This document shows positions 1 to 14,000 of a stretch of DNA of 64,000 nt, piece after piece. Source of the stretch: Nemertoderma westbladi (taxonomy: Eukaryota; Animalia; Xenacoelomorpha); the NCBI GenBank assembly GCA_032718475.1, contig JAUCBJ010002302.1, positions 22,655 to 86,654 on the forward strand, in the 5' to 3' direction. The notes beneath the pieces are model-generated. The model was not told where the DNA came from. It saw only the letters and a program-made list of their open reading frames with translations, and ran no database searches. Within the stretch, counting starts at the first letter, position 1, and every line of letters begins with the position of its first letter. The position numbers and the translations under genes are program-made.

Positions 1-376
1 CGTGTAAAAGTACTTCGTGGCTCGCCCCACAGTATAGACTGAGGGGACACTATTTATGTTTAAAATTTAATGCAATTTCGTTAAGATTTGTAAAAATAAA
101 ATTTCTTTTTGGGGGGTTCATTTCACTGAATCACTATTTAAAATATATAATCACGTATATTTCAGGACATGGTCTATAAATAGTGTAGCTCGAAGGCTTG
201 TCAAAATACTAGCTCTTACGTTTTGGGTAATAACTTGAGTTTGAGAAAAGATAAGAGAAAACTGCTTGCAGATTTGAAATCTCCCTTAAATTCGGACCAT
301 GATAGGATAAAAAAGTTTTTTGTCAATTTCCAAAATAGGGGGAGGGGGTGCAACCCCCCTCCCCCATGCTATCCTC

Positions 377-634
377 TTAACTTTCGTTTATTGTTATGGT
401 TCCCCCAACACGCCTCTGTAACCTGCTCCTTTACTATCCTGCTCCTTTAAATGACAATGAGACTTAACGCTCTTTGTAACCTGTACAAAACAAAGAGGTA
501 AAGTCGCGTTAGGTCCCAACAACGTTAGGTCCCACAGAGCGTTAAGTCCCATTGTCATTTAAATGAGCAGCTGTTAGTAAAGGAGCAGGTTAGAGAGGCG
601 TGTTGGGGGAACCAAAACAATAAACGAAAGTTAA
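377..634. mobile_element. Fold-back/MITE-like inverted repeat
   Basis: ~95 bp arms (ttaactttcgtttattgtt...ttaacgctct / agagcgttaag...aataaacgaaagttaa), TTAA at both ends; the aacctgctcctt core recurs near 2894, 4072 and 42249. Confidence 0.6.
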
Positions 635-726
635 TGATAACCAATGGGGTCAAGGAGGGATAGGGAGTTTGGCAGACGACCTACACATCCACAAAGGGAA
701 ACCATAGTCTGACATAGATAGTGTCA

Positions 727-843
727 ACCATAGACTTTGAAACTCCTCAGCAAGTCTCTGACCGGATGAGCATAAGCTCAAAGGATGTATGCTTGAGCAT
801 GTGGATGACTTCTGTTAGCTGGGATCATGGATCCGGAAGTCAG
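727..843 (+). mobile_element. RTE-like LINE fragment
   Basis: actttgaaactcctcagcaagtctctgaccgga matches 41257-41290; continues into a degenerate LEHVDDFxxLGSWI (RT thumb-proximal motif). Confidence 0.6.
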
Positions 844-1926
844 GTGAATTTCTAATTACTTTCTTGGTCTAATTAATTTGATAATTTATATGGACAGTTG
901 TTGTCACTTATGGGACATTGATTAAGTGCCGTATTGAAAATGAATTTAAATGAAGAGATTATTATATAAGAGAATATTATAGAATTATTGACAACATTAT
1001 TTCATTTTTCAATTAAAACAAATCATAAAATTCTTCAAACAACTCAGTAAGAAATCAAATCCAGTTTATCGTCCTTCCCACTGCCAACTCCCGTCCCATT
1101 CCTAACTTCCATCCCATACTCAACTAATGTCCCAATCTCAACACCATTTCCACAAATAATATAATAATAATATACAAAATTTGTAAAGCGCACTCTCTAT
1201 AGTAACCTAAATTTATTATTGTTCAAATGCGCTCACGGCTGGATTCATATGGCACATACCCACCCACATTATTCAATGTGTTTTTCTTTTTTTTTTGCAC
1301 GCTGCAAGTGAGTTCTCGATGCGAAGACTGCGTGGTAAACTATTATAAACTGTTAGAAAACACACGATGGTCTTGGTTCCCTTGTGCAGAGCGAGCCTGT
1401 GTAACTTAGTGGGCTAGTGGCCCTATGTTCAACCCGTTCAAGACCGTTACATTTCGTTATAATAACGGTACTGTAATAATAGGCTAGGTCTACCGCTACA
1501 GGGACAGCCTATAACTATAAGTATAATCTGATAATACAACGATATTTTAAGTTTTTAGGTGGTTTGGTCTGTCTATACTGTATTGAGTTGTTCGTTACTG
1601 CTGTACTGGTACAATATCTCACTATCTGCATCACAGTATCAGGCAGGCATGACAGCGCCGGCCAGGGCCAGATAACCAAATACTGTCCAAATACGGTACT
1701 GTCTGACCGTACTGCCGTTACGCATACATTACAACATTACGGATTAACTACTAACTGACTAACTAGTGGCTCTGGCTGACTCGTGGATACGGGGTGATCA
1801 GGTGATTTGTTACTGAGTCCGAGTGAGTGAGTAGGCCTACCCAGCTACCGGTATCTAACTAAACAACCTAACTGACACTGACTGACACTGGGCCCACCAG
1901 CCCACTGCAGCACTGCCCACGCAACA

Positions 1927-2033
1927 ATGGGTGACAACGGATCACCTGAAGATCCATCCTTATCCTCGGATTCTCGACTCGGATTATCAATATCGGAACA
2001 TGAAGTTTCAGAACAGTTGGGGACAGATTCTCG
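1927..2033 (+). CDS. cnn-like exon 1 (MGDNGSPEDP...LGTDS, phase 2)
   Basis: ATG in good context (acaATGG), open frame, donor CG|gtgagt; phase joins exon 2 in frame. Confidence 0.7.
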
Positions 2034-5000
2034 GTGAGTTCAGGTCCAGCCAGAAGTCTGCCTAGCTGTCTAGAGTCTAGCACATTTCAGCATTTAAATT
2101 AACAGATTAACGATATCATAACTGCATAGGCTAATAGGCTATGATTTTGTTTAGAAATGGGAAAAAAAGAGGAAACATGTCACTGGCCACAACGGGGTTG
2201 GGTCAGAATTCATCATGGCATGGGGTTGAATCACTGAACCAGCGCAAACTGCTATCAGGCTATACCTGTCAGCCTGTATCTGGTATCAGGCCTGTATACA
2301 GTCAGACAGTCAGACAGACTGACAGTGTACTGTACAGGTATATAGGCTACTGATATAGCTGTCTGTCCTCTGTAGGCTGAAAGCAGGATAGGCCTACACG
2401 CGTTTCATTTTTCCAATTTATGAAGAAAGTCATACCGGTATCACATCGTTGTAATATATCAGTATAGGCCTATGCAGTGCCAATATTAGACACTGCTATG
2501 TACAGATGTACATATGTATGTATGTACTCGTACTGATATACCGGTATGCGACCCATAGCCATAATACAGTAATATTAATATCGTCAAAATTGCAAAATAA
2601 CAGCTGACGAGAATCCCCATTGCCATTACTATCCACTACAGAATTCATATATCACTTTTGGGAACTTTCCAACTCCTCATAAAAACTCATTACACCTAAT
2701 TATATAATAATGAAGTAGCCATACCCTTATCTATCATAATTGTTTACAAACAACCAACCATTGCCCAATCAGCCAATATGAATGCGTGTATTAAGATTAA
2801 GTAGGCCTATATTAATTAGGCCTAAATATCAATATCGAAACTCCAAAGTCCCAAGCCAAGCATACACCCCCCCCCCCCCCCTCCCGCCTCTGCAACCTGC
2901 TCCTTTCCCACAATTGGAAAAGTGGCCTTTTATTGTTTTGGTTAGAAAAGCCTGCCTCTGCAGATATGTAACATGCTCCTTTCCCTCAAAAAATGATGAA
3001 ATCAATTTGCATGCCTTGGATTGTTTAATACTCGTACCACGGTATTTCTATTATTATTCCCAGATTATGCTGTTATGTATAATAAAAATATTGATTGAGA
3101 AAACCATGTTTATCTAAAGTCTTTACAATTTTTGAGAAAATTTTTCCCGTCTTTTTTCCTGCTATTTCCCCGAGGAGACCGGGAAATTTGAGAAAAATAT
3201 CAGAGTCTTTTCATACATAGCGGTACGATGCAGTACTGCTGTACTGGCTGACTGGTAATGAATATTCAAAAAAAATTTTGAATAGGGCCTAGGCTAAAGA
3301 ATGTGAAAAAAATTTCCCGTATTTTTTCCCGGTATTTTCCCGAGGAAACCGGGAAATTTGAGAAATATATCAGAGTCTTTTCATATATAGACAATGCAGA
3401 AGTGAATATGAGAAAAAAATTGTAAGTGTTTTCTCACCAGACAAGTGTTTTAGACACATGCGTTTTTTAGCGTTTCAGTGCCCCCCAAACCGGAAATTCC
3501 CTATAGTTTAGTTATATATAACACCTAACTGAACTAAACACTGTAGACCGACATAAGCTTCAAGGTACCAATGTACTATTTTGTGATTTTGAAATAATTA
3601 CCAAACAAACAACGCGTACACATTCCCCACCCCAAGCTGTATGCACTATGTTCACCTCTATTTACCCACAGGGATCGGGTTGCCGCTGATACGGCGGTAG
3701 CATTATGGGACGCGGCCGACCATTTAACCGGAGTTACGGACAAGACACGACGAAACGAGAAACTCGCTACACCGGGAATATATAACGTCTCTACCGGCCA
3801 CGTATCCCCCTTTATGCCTCGTCCTATGAAAGAATACGAAAAGGTTATTAATGTTCTATAAAACGTGTTATTTATGTATTCTCCATTATTATGTGTCTTT
3901 ATCTTACCCTTACCCTTACCACTCTTACCCGTAACTAAAACCTTCTTAATCCTTCTAATGAAAAGTTAATCTACTGGTGAGACGAGACAGGGGGGGGGGG
4001 GGGGGGGACTCGACGTAAAACCCGCCTTGGCGAATTAATATCCCGCCTCAATGTTAAATTCTCAATTTAGGGAAAGGAGCAGGTTACAGTGGCATGTTAT
4101 TTTAACCAAAACAATAAACTAAACACAATAGAACAGGTTACAGTTTTATTTTTGAGAGTAATAAACTGTTATTTGCGTCCAGTTCCCCCCCCCCCCCCCC
4201 CCCCCCCCTATCTGCTACTGGTAGAATTAAATTAAATTTTTAGATGAGAGAACTATTGAATCAATTTACTTGATTAATTATTTTATGTATGCCCTAGAGT
4301 TACCAGGCTGTTATCAGCTCATTGTATCAGCATCATTGTATTAGTAATTAGCAATGTATCATTGTATTTAAAACAAGTTGTATTTTTAATTATATTATTG
4401 GTACGTATTATTGGCCTCTGTCTCTGTACTTATACAGGCAAACTGTTGACATTCTACTAAACCGTATAATATTATGGTTTTTACGAAATATTTTTAATTA
4501 CTGTCCATTAGTGATTCATATTATAAGACTTGGGAAGTTCCATCGACCATATTAAACTACTACAGTTGTCATTAGTTGTGGTTTCATTAAAGTTACAATA
4601 ATTGTTATTGAATAAATATGCCATAACGAAATACCGATCGTGTTTAAGGTAACCGGAGCAGTGGACTGATAGTGATATTTGATATTTACTTTAACACAGT
4701 CATGTACTATACAAATATACAATACCACCTCGAGAGACTAAGACAAAACAAACAAAATATACATTGTGGATTCTTGGGGGATTACAATAAATTAGATTAC
4801 ACTCCACGCGTATATGAAACTTATCGTATCACAAACGCAATTAGGAGCTAATCTGAATATTATTGTGTTCAGTTTCAATTTCATCAAAGTATCAGCTATT
4901 AGCTATATAGTTTTAATGTCTTCATTACATTATATTCCCCTGTAGATGATTGACAGTCTGAAAGCCGACAATTTTAACCTGAGATGTCGGGTTTTCTACG

Positions 5001-8000
5001 CCGAGGAGTCGGGAAAGGGCACCAAGCCATGTGCGGATAGCGTCCGCGAGCTCAATATAACCCTGAAGGTCTCCAACGATTCATTGAAACAGGAAGTAGA
5101 GACATTGAAGGGGGATGTTAAGAGGAAACAAGAGTTAATAGAGCAGGCGAAGTAAGTAGGTGGTACCTGGTGGATGAAACAAGAGTTAATAGAGCAGGCG
5201 AAGTAAGTAGGTGGTACCTGGTGGATGAAACAAGAGTTAATAGAGCAGGCGAAGTAAGTAGGTGGTACCTGGTGGATGAAACAAGAGTTAATAGAGCAGG
5301 CGAAGTAAGTAGGTGGTACCTGGTGGATGAAACAAGAGTTAATAGAGCAGGCGAAGTAAGTAGGTGGTACCTGGTGGATGAAACAAGAGTTAATAGAGCA
5401 GGCGAAGTAAGTAGGTGGTACCTGGTGGATGAAACAAGAGTTAATAGAGCAGGCGAAGTAAGTAGGTGGTACCTGGTGGATGAAACAAGAGTTAATAGAG
5501 CAGGCGAAGTAAGTAGGTGGTACCTGGTGGAGGAAACAAGAGTTAATAGAGCAGGCGAAGTAAGTAGGTGGTACCTGGTGGATGAAACAAGAGTTAATAG
5601 AGCAGGCGAAGTAAGTAGGTGGTACCTGGTGGATGAAACAAGAGTTAATAGAGCAGGCGAAGTAAGTAGGTGGTACCTGGTGGATGAAACAAGAGTTAAT
5701 AGAGCAGGCGAAGTAAGTAGGTGGTACCTGGTGGATGAAGCAAGAGTTAATAGAGCAGGCGAAGTAAGTAGGTGGTACCTGGTGGATGAAACAAGAGTTA
5801 ATAGAGCAGGCGAAGTAAGTAGGTGGTACCTGGTGGATGAAACAAGAGTTAATAGAGCAGGCGAAGTAAGTAGGTGGTACCTGGTGGATGAAACAAGAGT
5901 TAATAGAGCAGGCGAAGTAAGTAGGTGGTACCTGGTGGATGAAACAAGAGTTAATAGAGCAGGCGAAGTAAGTAGGTGGTACCTGGTGGATGAAGCAAGA
6001 GTTAATAGAGCAGGCGAAGTAAGTAGGTGGTACCTGGTGGATGAAACAAGAGTTAATAGAGCAGGCGAAGTAAGTAGGTGGTACCTGGTGGATGAAACAA
6101 GAGTTAATAGAGCAGGCGAAGTAAGTAGGTGGTACCTGGTGGATGAAACAAGAGTTAATAGAGCAGGCGAAGTAAGTAGGTGGTACCTGGTGGATGAAAC
6201 AAGAGTTAATAGAGCAGGCGAAGTAAGTAGGTGGTACCTGGTGGATGAAACAAGAGTTAATAGAGCAGGCGAAGTAAGTAGGTGGTACCTGGTGGATGAA
6301 ACAAGAGTTAATAGAGCAGGCGAAGTAAGTAGGTGGTACCTGGTGGATGAAACAAGAGTTAATAGAGCAGGCGAAGTAAGTAGGTGGTACCTGGTGGATG
6401 AAACAAGAGTTAATAGAGCAGGCGAAGTAAGTAGGTGGTACCTGGTGGATGAAACAAGAGTTAATAGAGCAGGCGAAGTAAGTAGGTGGTACCTGGTGGA
6501 TGAAACAAGAGTTAATAGAGCAGGCGAAGTAAGTAGGTGGTACCTGGTGGATGAAACAAGAGTTAATAGAGCAGGCGAAGTAAGTAGGTGGTACCTGGTG
6601 GATGAAACAAGAGTTAATAGAGCAGGCGAAGTAAGTAGGTGGTACCTGGTGGATGAAACAAGAGTTAATAGAGCAGGCGAAGTAAGTAGGTGGTACCTGG
6701 TGGATGAAACAAGAGTTAATAGAGCAGGCGAAGTAAGTAGGTGGTACCTGGTGGATGAAACAAGAGTTAATAGAGCAGGCGAAGTAAGTAGGTGGTACCT
6801 GGTGGATGAAACAAGAGTTAATAGAGCAGGCGAAGTAAGTAGGTGGTACCTGGTGGATGAAACAAGAGTTAATAGAGCAGGCGAAGTAAGTAGGTGGTAC
6901 CTGGTGGATGAAACAAGAGTTAATAGAGCAGGCGAAGTAAGTAGGTGGTACCTGGTGGATGAAACAAGAGTTAATAGAGCAGGCGAAGTAAGTAGGTGGT
7001 ACCTGGTGGATGAAACAAGAGTTAATAGAGCAGGCGAAGTAAGTAGGTGGTACCTGGTGGATGAAACAAGAGTTAATAGAGCAGGCGAAGTAAGTAGGTG
7101 GTACCTGGTGGATGAAACAAGAGTTAATAGAGCAGGCGAAGTAAGTAGGTGGTACCTGGTGGATGAAACAAGAGTTAATAGAGCAGGCGAAGTAAGTAGG
7201 TGGTACCTGGTGGATGAAACAAGAGTTAATAGAGCAGGCGAAGTAAGTAGGTGGTACCTGGTGGATGAAACAAGAGTTAATAGAGCAGGCGAAGTAAGTA
7301 GGTGGTACCTGGTGGATGAAACAAGAGTTAATAGAGCAGGCGAAGTAAGTAGGTGGTACCTGGTGGATGAAACAAGAGTTAATAGAGCAGGCGAAGTAAG
7401 TAGGTGGTACCTGGTGGATGAAACAAGAGTTAATAGAGCAGGCGAAGTAAGTAGGTGGTACCTGGTGGATGAAACAAGAGTTAATAGAGCAGGCGAAGTA
7501 AGTAGGTGGTACCTGGTGGATGAAACAAGAGTTAATAGAGCAGGCGAAGTAAGTAGGTGGTACCTGGTGGATGAAACAAGAGTTAATAGAGCAGGCGAAG
7601 TAAGTAGGTGGTACCTGGTGGATGAAACAAGAGTTAATAGAGCAGGCGAAGTAAGTAGGTGGTACCTGGTGGATGAAACAAGAGTTAATAGAGCAGGCGA
7701 AGTAAGTAGGTGGTACCTGGTGGATGAAACAAGAGTTAATAGAGCAGGCGAAGTAAGTAGGTGGTACCTGGTGGATGAAACAAGAGTTAATAGAGCAGGC
7801 GAAGTAAGTAGGTGGTACCTGGTGGATGAAACAAGAGTTAATAGAGCAGGCGAAGTAAGTAGGTGGTACCTGGTGGATGAAACAAGAGTTAATAGAGCAG
7901 GCGAAGTAAGTAGGTGGTACCTGGTGGATGAAACAAGAGTTAATAGAGCAGGCGAAGTAAGTAGGTGGTACCTGGTGGATGAAACAAGAGTTAATAGAGC

Positions 8001-11000
8001 AGGCGAAGTAAGTAGGTGGTACCTGGTGGATGAAACAAGAGTTAATAGAGCAGGCGAAGTAAGTAGGTGGTACCTGGTGGATGAAACAAGAGTTAATAGA
8101 GCAGGCGAAGTAAGGTGGCGGTGGCACCTACCTAGTGTAAATGTACTGACAGTACTAACAGTAGAAACACCAGTTAGATGTTTATTAATTAGTTCATTTG
8201 CTGTATAGGACCGTCTGAACGTAACTAACTGGTTACTTTATTTACTTACAGGGCAACTATCGACAGTCTCAACGTAACTGGCGACTTCGACAACGTCGAA
8301 CGCAGCAGACGACTGACCCAACTCCAGTCCACATTGCGGGATTGTTTGAAAGATAAGAGTCGATTAGTAGACCAGGTTGGTAAACTTAAATAATTGTATT
8401 TTAATTAAATTAATATTTTTGTAGTATTGCAATATTTAGTATTAATTTTGTAATATTTACTAATTTACATTTTACTTCCCCTTTTTACTTTATTTAATGA
8501 TTCGATTTCGTCTTATTTACCTCATGTATTGAACTCATCCTCTATAGTTAAACGGCGTATTGAGAGAGAAATCCTTGATGGAAGTCGAGCTGCGGGATTT
8601 ACGTCAATTCCAGTTGCGTCATCGCCACGCGGCAGCCAGTGGCGCAGGCGGCGGTGGTGGCGTGGTGCGAGAGAGACGCCACTCGGGTGACGTGAGTCTG
8701 TTGGACCGGCATCGCGGGAGATCGCCCGACGAAGATTTCTGGGGTTCGGGATTAGCGGGGGTCTATCTGGTGTCGGAGAGTCGCTCGGTTGGCGTCCAGG
8801 TGGAGGATTCATCGTCTAGCGAACTGGTGGGTCGTCGCTAATACTCTACGGTAGTTACCAACATCGCTTATTATTATTTGATGATGTCAACCCGGTTGAT
8901 CAGCTCTGTTATTTTAAAACGATTTTTTTTCTCAGCTCGCTGACAAACTTAATAATGATCTCGAGGAATGTCGTCGACAGTTGATTGTCGCTCAAACCTC
9001 TCTAAATGAAGCGGCAGTAACGAATCAACTCCAGCTCGCCGGTCTGGTAGAGGAAGTTAGGGTGAAGGATGTTGATCTAGCCAAGGAGAAGAAGTTCGCT
9101 TTGAGTAGGGATAAAACAATACAAGGATTAGTTGATGAGGTGAAGATAAGAGATAGAAGCATTAAAGATATACAACTGGAGATGGGCAACTTGTACAAGG
9201 TATTCAATTAATAAGATAATTCAACTATTTCATCGAATTGTTATTTTAACTTTATTATTTTATAGCCTATTAATCACTCTACTACTACAGTATAATATTA
9301 CCATGGTAGCTGTATTTACGCTCAATATCCATAAAATATAGACATTAAATGTTAATATAAACGCGTTTATTCGGGTAAACGTAGAGGTGGAGAATAATTA
9401 CGGTACTGTAATCGTCTCATAACGTCAACCATTACAACACAATAATATTACAGATTCTAATGGGGTACGCCATCAAGCGGAATGAGAACGAAGTCATTAA
9501 CCTGTACCACTCAGAACAATCTCCCGACAAAGAGAACATTGAGAATGCCGCTGTTAATCCTGTAGATGGCGCTGTGCAAAATAGGCGCAATCGCAGAGGT
9601 TCTAAAGGGAAACCCCAGATTAGTGCTACAGGTGGGTTGTTGTATAGAGGTCAGAGGGGTGGAGTGGGGGGGGGTGAAATGTTTTTGGTACAGTCTGATT
9701 TCACCGGTTCCTGTCATCCGAAAGATGCAGTCTACCATCCAAAGTATATGTGCCGCTATAACTCGTCAAACTGTCAAATCTTAGGGGCCGACGTTCATCT
9801 TATAGTCAACTTGCTGGCTCTCTAGTATTATTGTAATTCTATCTTTATCTCAGACTAAATAGCTTTTATACAGGGAGTCAATAGGCCTTTGCATGAACCC
9901 ACAATGTGGAATATGTGATTAGTCATGGTGTACTGTACGTACATATGTTTGTCTGTCTGTCTGGCTCTATGTTTGAACGTCTAAAGCTCAGCCAAGTGCT
10001 CAGATTATGGATCTCTGGATCTGTGGACCCATTTAACAATCTGGTTATGGTTATTATAAACCCATTGACTATTACTGGATCCGCGTATCCTACTGGGATC
10101 CGTCATTACTTGTATAAGAACTTCATTAAAGTTGAACCAAATTATGTTTCATTTAAGAGTTCTCATTATCTCTTCTCAGACTTGGTAAATACCTTGATAA
10201 AGGACCTCGCTGCTTGTGAAGGCGACAAGTACATTCTCAATGATAAGAATAATAAGTTGCTTGGCGACGTCGATGAACTTCATCTCGTTATAGAGCAGAG
10301 GGAACGGGAGTTGGACAGACTCAAAGAAGATAATTCTAGACTGGGGGCTGGGTTCAATGAACTCCAGGCACAACTAGAGAGACAGGAGAGTGAAGTAGTG
10401 TCGTTGAGAGCTGCAATAGAGGAAACAGACACCCGGAATCGCGTTGGTAAGTACAAAACAAAGGAAAGCTTAACCGATAATTCCAGATAAGGTAGATCAG
10501 GGCTTTACTGTAGGTAACATTCTGGTTACCACGGGATAAATAATCTTTATAGATTAATGAAAGTATTTGATGGTAAGAGGCGAGCTACGAAGAAGATCAG
10601 TCATTGAAGTTTCAGGTTTTTGATGGAATTAACAATTAAACCGAACTTAGTACTCATGGTAGTCTATTATAGTTGAACCCTGATTGGCCCGTGTTATTTA
10701 TACTACATTCAGTAAACTAATTGGCTCAGTCGCAGGGCCAATAACGACCATGAGTGACCCGGAATCCCGTACTCATAATTTTCGATATACTTCTGTGATA
10801 CTGTCACCCCAGGGCTGAACTGACTTTTTGTTGAAAATATTTCCCTAGACATTTTAACTTTGCTTATAAGAAAAATTTAATTAAAAAAATGACGATGTCC
10901 GGGTTCAGAATCGTCTTGGCAGAGTTCCGGACATGCCTGATCCCAAACCGGACACATGCCTCTTCAGTCTAAACAATTTAACAATAGGACATCGACCGTT

Positions 11001-14000
11001 TTTCAATATTTTTTGTTTGTTTTACTCAGATGAATAATAGTACGTTAAAATATAGTTTCAGAAATTTCGGGGGGTTTATTTACTGTCCGGTTGTATAACT
11101 GAGTCGGAAACCGGACAGTCGGGAAATGAGGCCGGACGATTCTGAAACCGGACATCGTCATTTTTTTTAATTAAAATTTTCTAATAAGCAAAGCGGAATG
11201 GAGTTCAAAAAACATGTTAAAATGTCTATGGAAATATTTTCGACTAAAAGTCAGTTCAGCCCTGGGGTGACTTGACTTGACAGTTTAATGCAATATATTC
11301 CAATTCCAGGGTTTTCTGTGACTTCCGTAGTAATTTTGTTTTAGTTTATTCGCAATAACTTGGCGGGATTTGTGCAAAGAATTTATTACGTCTGTCGATT
11401 GATTGATCGATTGCATCGATTGATCATTTTTTGAAATCACTAAATATTAAGTTTATTACTTGTGTAAATAATTAATTAATGTTATTTCCAGAATATTATT
11501 ATATTCTATATAATTATAATAATTGAATATTACTAAAAAAAATTTACACTCTCCGCATAAATATACATATATATTCTAATAATCAATATTTTTCTACGAC
11601 ATTCCTCTCAGGTGAAACACTACCAACTCCCCCGTCAGTTACCTTCAACAAGGATCTTCTTTCTTCAACTAAGTTCCCAACTCCCCGTTACATAGATTCT
11701 CCACTTGAGGGCGCTGAACATAGATTGTTTGAGGATGCGATGGTTCAAACCGATGATAACAACAATTCAAATGATGTGTGTATGACGTCATTGTTAGGTG
11801 AGTTGAGTATAGTATGACGTCATTGTTGGGAGAGTTGAGTATAGTATGACGTCATTGTTGGGTGAGTTGAGTATAGTATGACGTCATTGTTGGGTGAGTT
11901 GAGTATAGTATGACGTCATTGTTGGGTGAGTTGAGTATAGTATGACGTCATTGTTGGGTGAGTTGAGTATAGTATGACGTCATTGTTGGGTGAGTTGAGT
12001 ATAGTATGACGTCATTGTTGGGTGAGTTGAGTATAGTATGACGTCATTGTTGGGAGAGTTGAGTATAGTATGACGTCATTGTTGGGTGAGTTGAGTATAG
12101 TATGACGTCATTGTTGGGTGAGTTGAGTATAGTATGACGTCATTGTTGGGTGAGTTGAGTATAGTATGACGTCATTGTTGGGTGAGTTGAGTATAGTATG
12201 ACGTCATTGTTGGGGAGTTGAGTATAGTATGACGTCATTGTTGGGTGAGTTGAGTATAGTATGACGTCATTGTTGGGGAGTTGAGTATAGTATGACGTCA
12301 TTGTTGGGTGAGTTGAGTATAGTATGACGTCATTGTTGGGTGAGTTGAGTATAGTATGACGTCATTGTTGGGGGAGTTGAGTATAGTATGACGTCATTGT
12401 TGGGTGAGTTGAGTATAGTATGACGTCATTGTTGGGTGAGTTGAGTATAGTATGACGTCATTGTTGGGTGAGTTGAGTATAGTATGACGTCATTGTTGGG
12501 GGAGTTGAGTATAGTATGACGTCATTGTTGGGGGAGTTGAGTATAGTATGACGTCATTGTTGGGTGAGTTGAGTATAGTATGACGTCATTGTTGGGTGAG
12601 TTGAGTATAGTATGACGTCATTGTTGGGGAGTTGAGTATAGTATGACGTCATTGTTGGGTGAGTTGAGTATAGTATGACGTCATTGTTGGGTGAGTTGAG
12701 TATAGTATGACGTCATTGTTGGGTGAGTTGAGTATAGTATGACGTCATTGTTGGGGGAGTTGAGTATAGTATGACGTCATTGTTGGGTGAGTTGAGTATA
12801 GTATGACGTCATTGTTGGGTGAGTTGAGTATAGTATGACGTCATTGTTGGGTGAGTTGAGTATAGTATGACGTCATTGTTGGGTGAGTTGAGTATAGTAT
12901 GACGTCATTGTTGGGTGAGTTGAGTATAGTATGACGTCATTGTTGGGTGAGTTGAGTATAGTATGACGTCATTGTTGGGGGAGTTGAGTATAGTATGACG
13001 TCATTGTTGGGGGAGTTGAGTATAGTATGACGTCATTGTTGGGTGAGTTGAGTATAGTATGACGTCATTGTTGGGGGAGTTGAGTATAGTATGACGTCAT
13101 TGTTGGGGGAGTTGAGTATAGTATGACGTCATTGTTGGGTGAGTTGAGTATAGTATGACGTCATTGTTGGGGAGTTGAGTATAGTATGACGTCATTGTTG
13201 GGTGAGTTGAGTATAGTATGACGTCATTGTTGGGGGAGTTGAGTATAGTATGACGTCATTGTTGGGGGAGTTGAGTATAGTATGACGTCATTGTTGGGTG
13301 AGTTGAGTATAGTATGACGTCATTGTTGGGGAGTTGAGTATAGTATGACGTCATTGTTGGGTGAGTTGAGTATAGTATGACGTCATTGTTGGGTGAGTTG
13401 AGTATAGTATGACGTCATTGTTGGGGGAGTTGAGTATAGTATGACGTCATTGTTGGGGGAGTTGAGTATAGTATGACGTCATTGTTGGGTGAGTTGAGTA
13501 TAGTATGACGTCATTGTTGGGTGAGTTGAGTATAGTATGACGTCATTGTTGGGGGAGTTGAGTATAGTATGACGTCATTGTTGGGTGAGTTGAGTATAGT
13601 ATGACGTCATTGTTGGGTGAGTTGAGTATAGTATGACGTCATTGTTGGGTGAGTTGAGTATAGTATGACGTCATTGTTGGGGGAGTTGAGTATAGTATGA
13701 CGTCATTGTTGGGGGAGTTGAGTATAGTATGACGTCATTGTTGGGGGAGTTGAGTATAGTATGACGTCATTGTTGGGGGAGTTGAGTATAGTATGACGTC
13801 ATTGTTGGGTGAGTTGAGTATAGTATGACGTCATTGTTGGGTGAGTTGAGTATAGTATGACGTCATTGTTGGGGGAGTTGAGTATAGTATGACGTCATTG
13901 TTGGGGGAGTTGAGTATAGTATGACGTCATTGTTGGGGGAGTTGAGTATAGTATGACGTCATTGTTGGGGGAGTTGAGTATAGTATGACGTCATTGTTGG

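Noticed and set aside
3989-4208. Poly-G and poly-C tracts as G-quadruplex or hairpin elements
   Set aside because: Simple homopolymers within repeat-derived intron sequence; lengths unreliable and no supporting context
4996-8208. 1,043 aa and 1,012 aa ORFs on opposite strands
   Set aside because: Products of a stop-free 51 bp tandem repeat lying in an intron; no non-repetitive coding context
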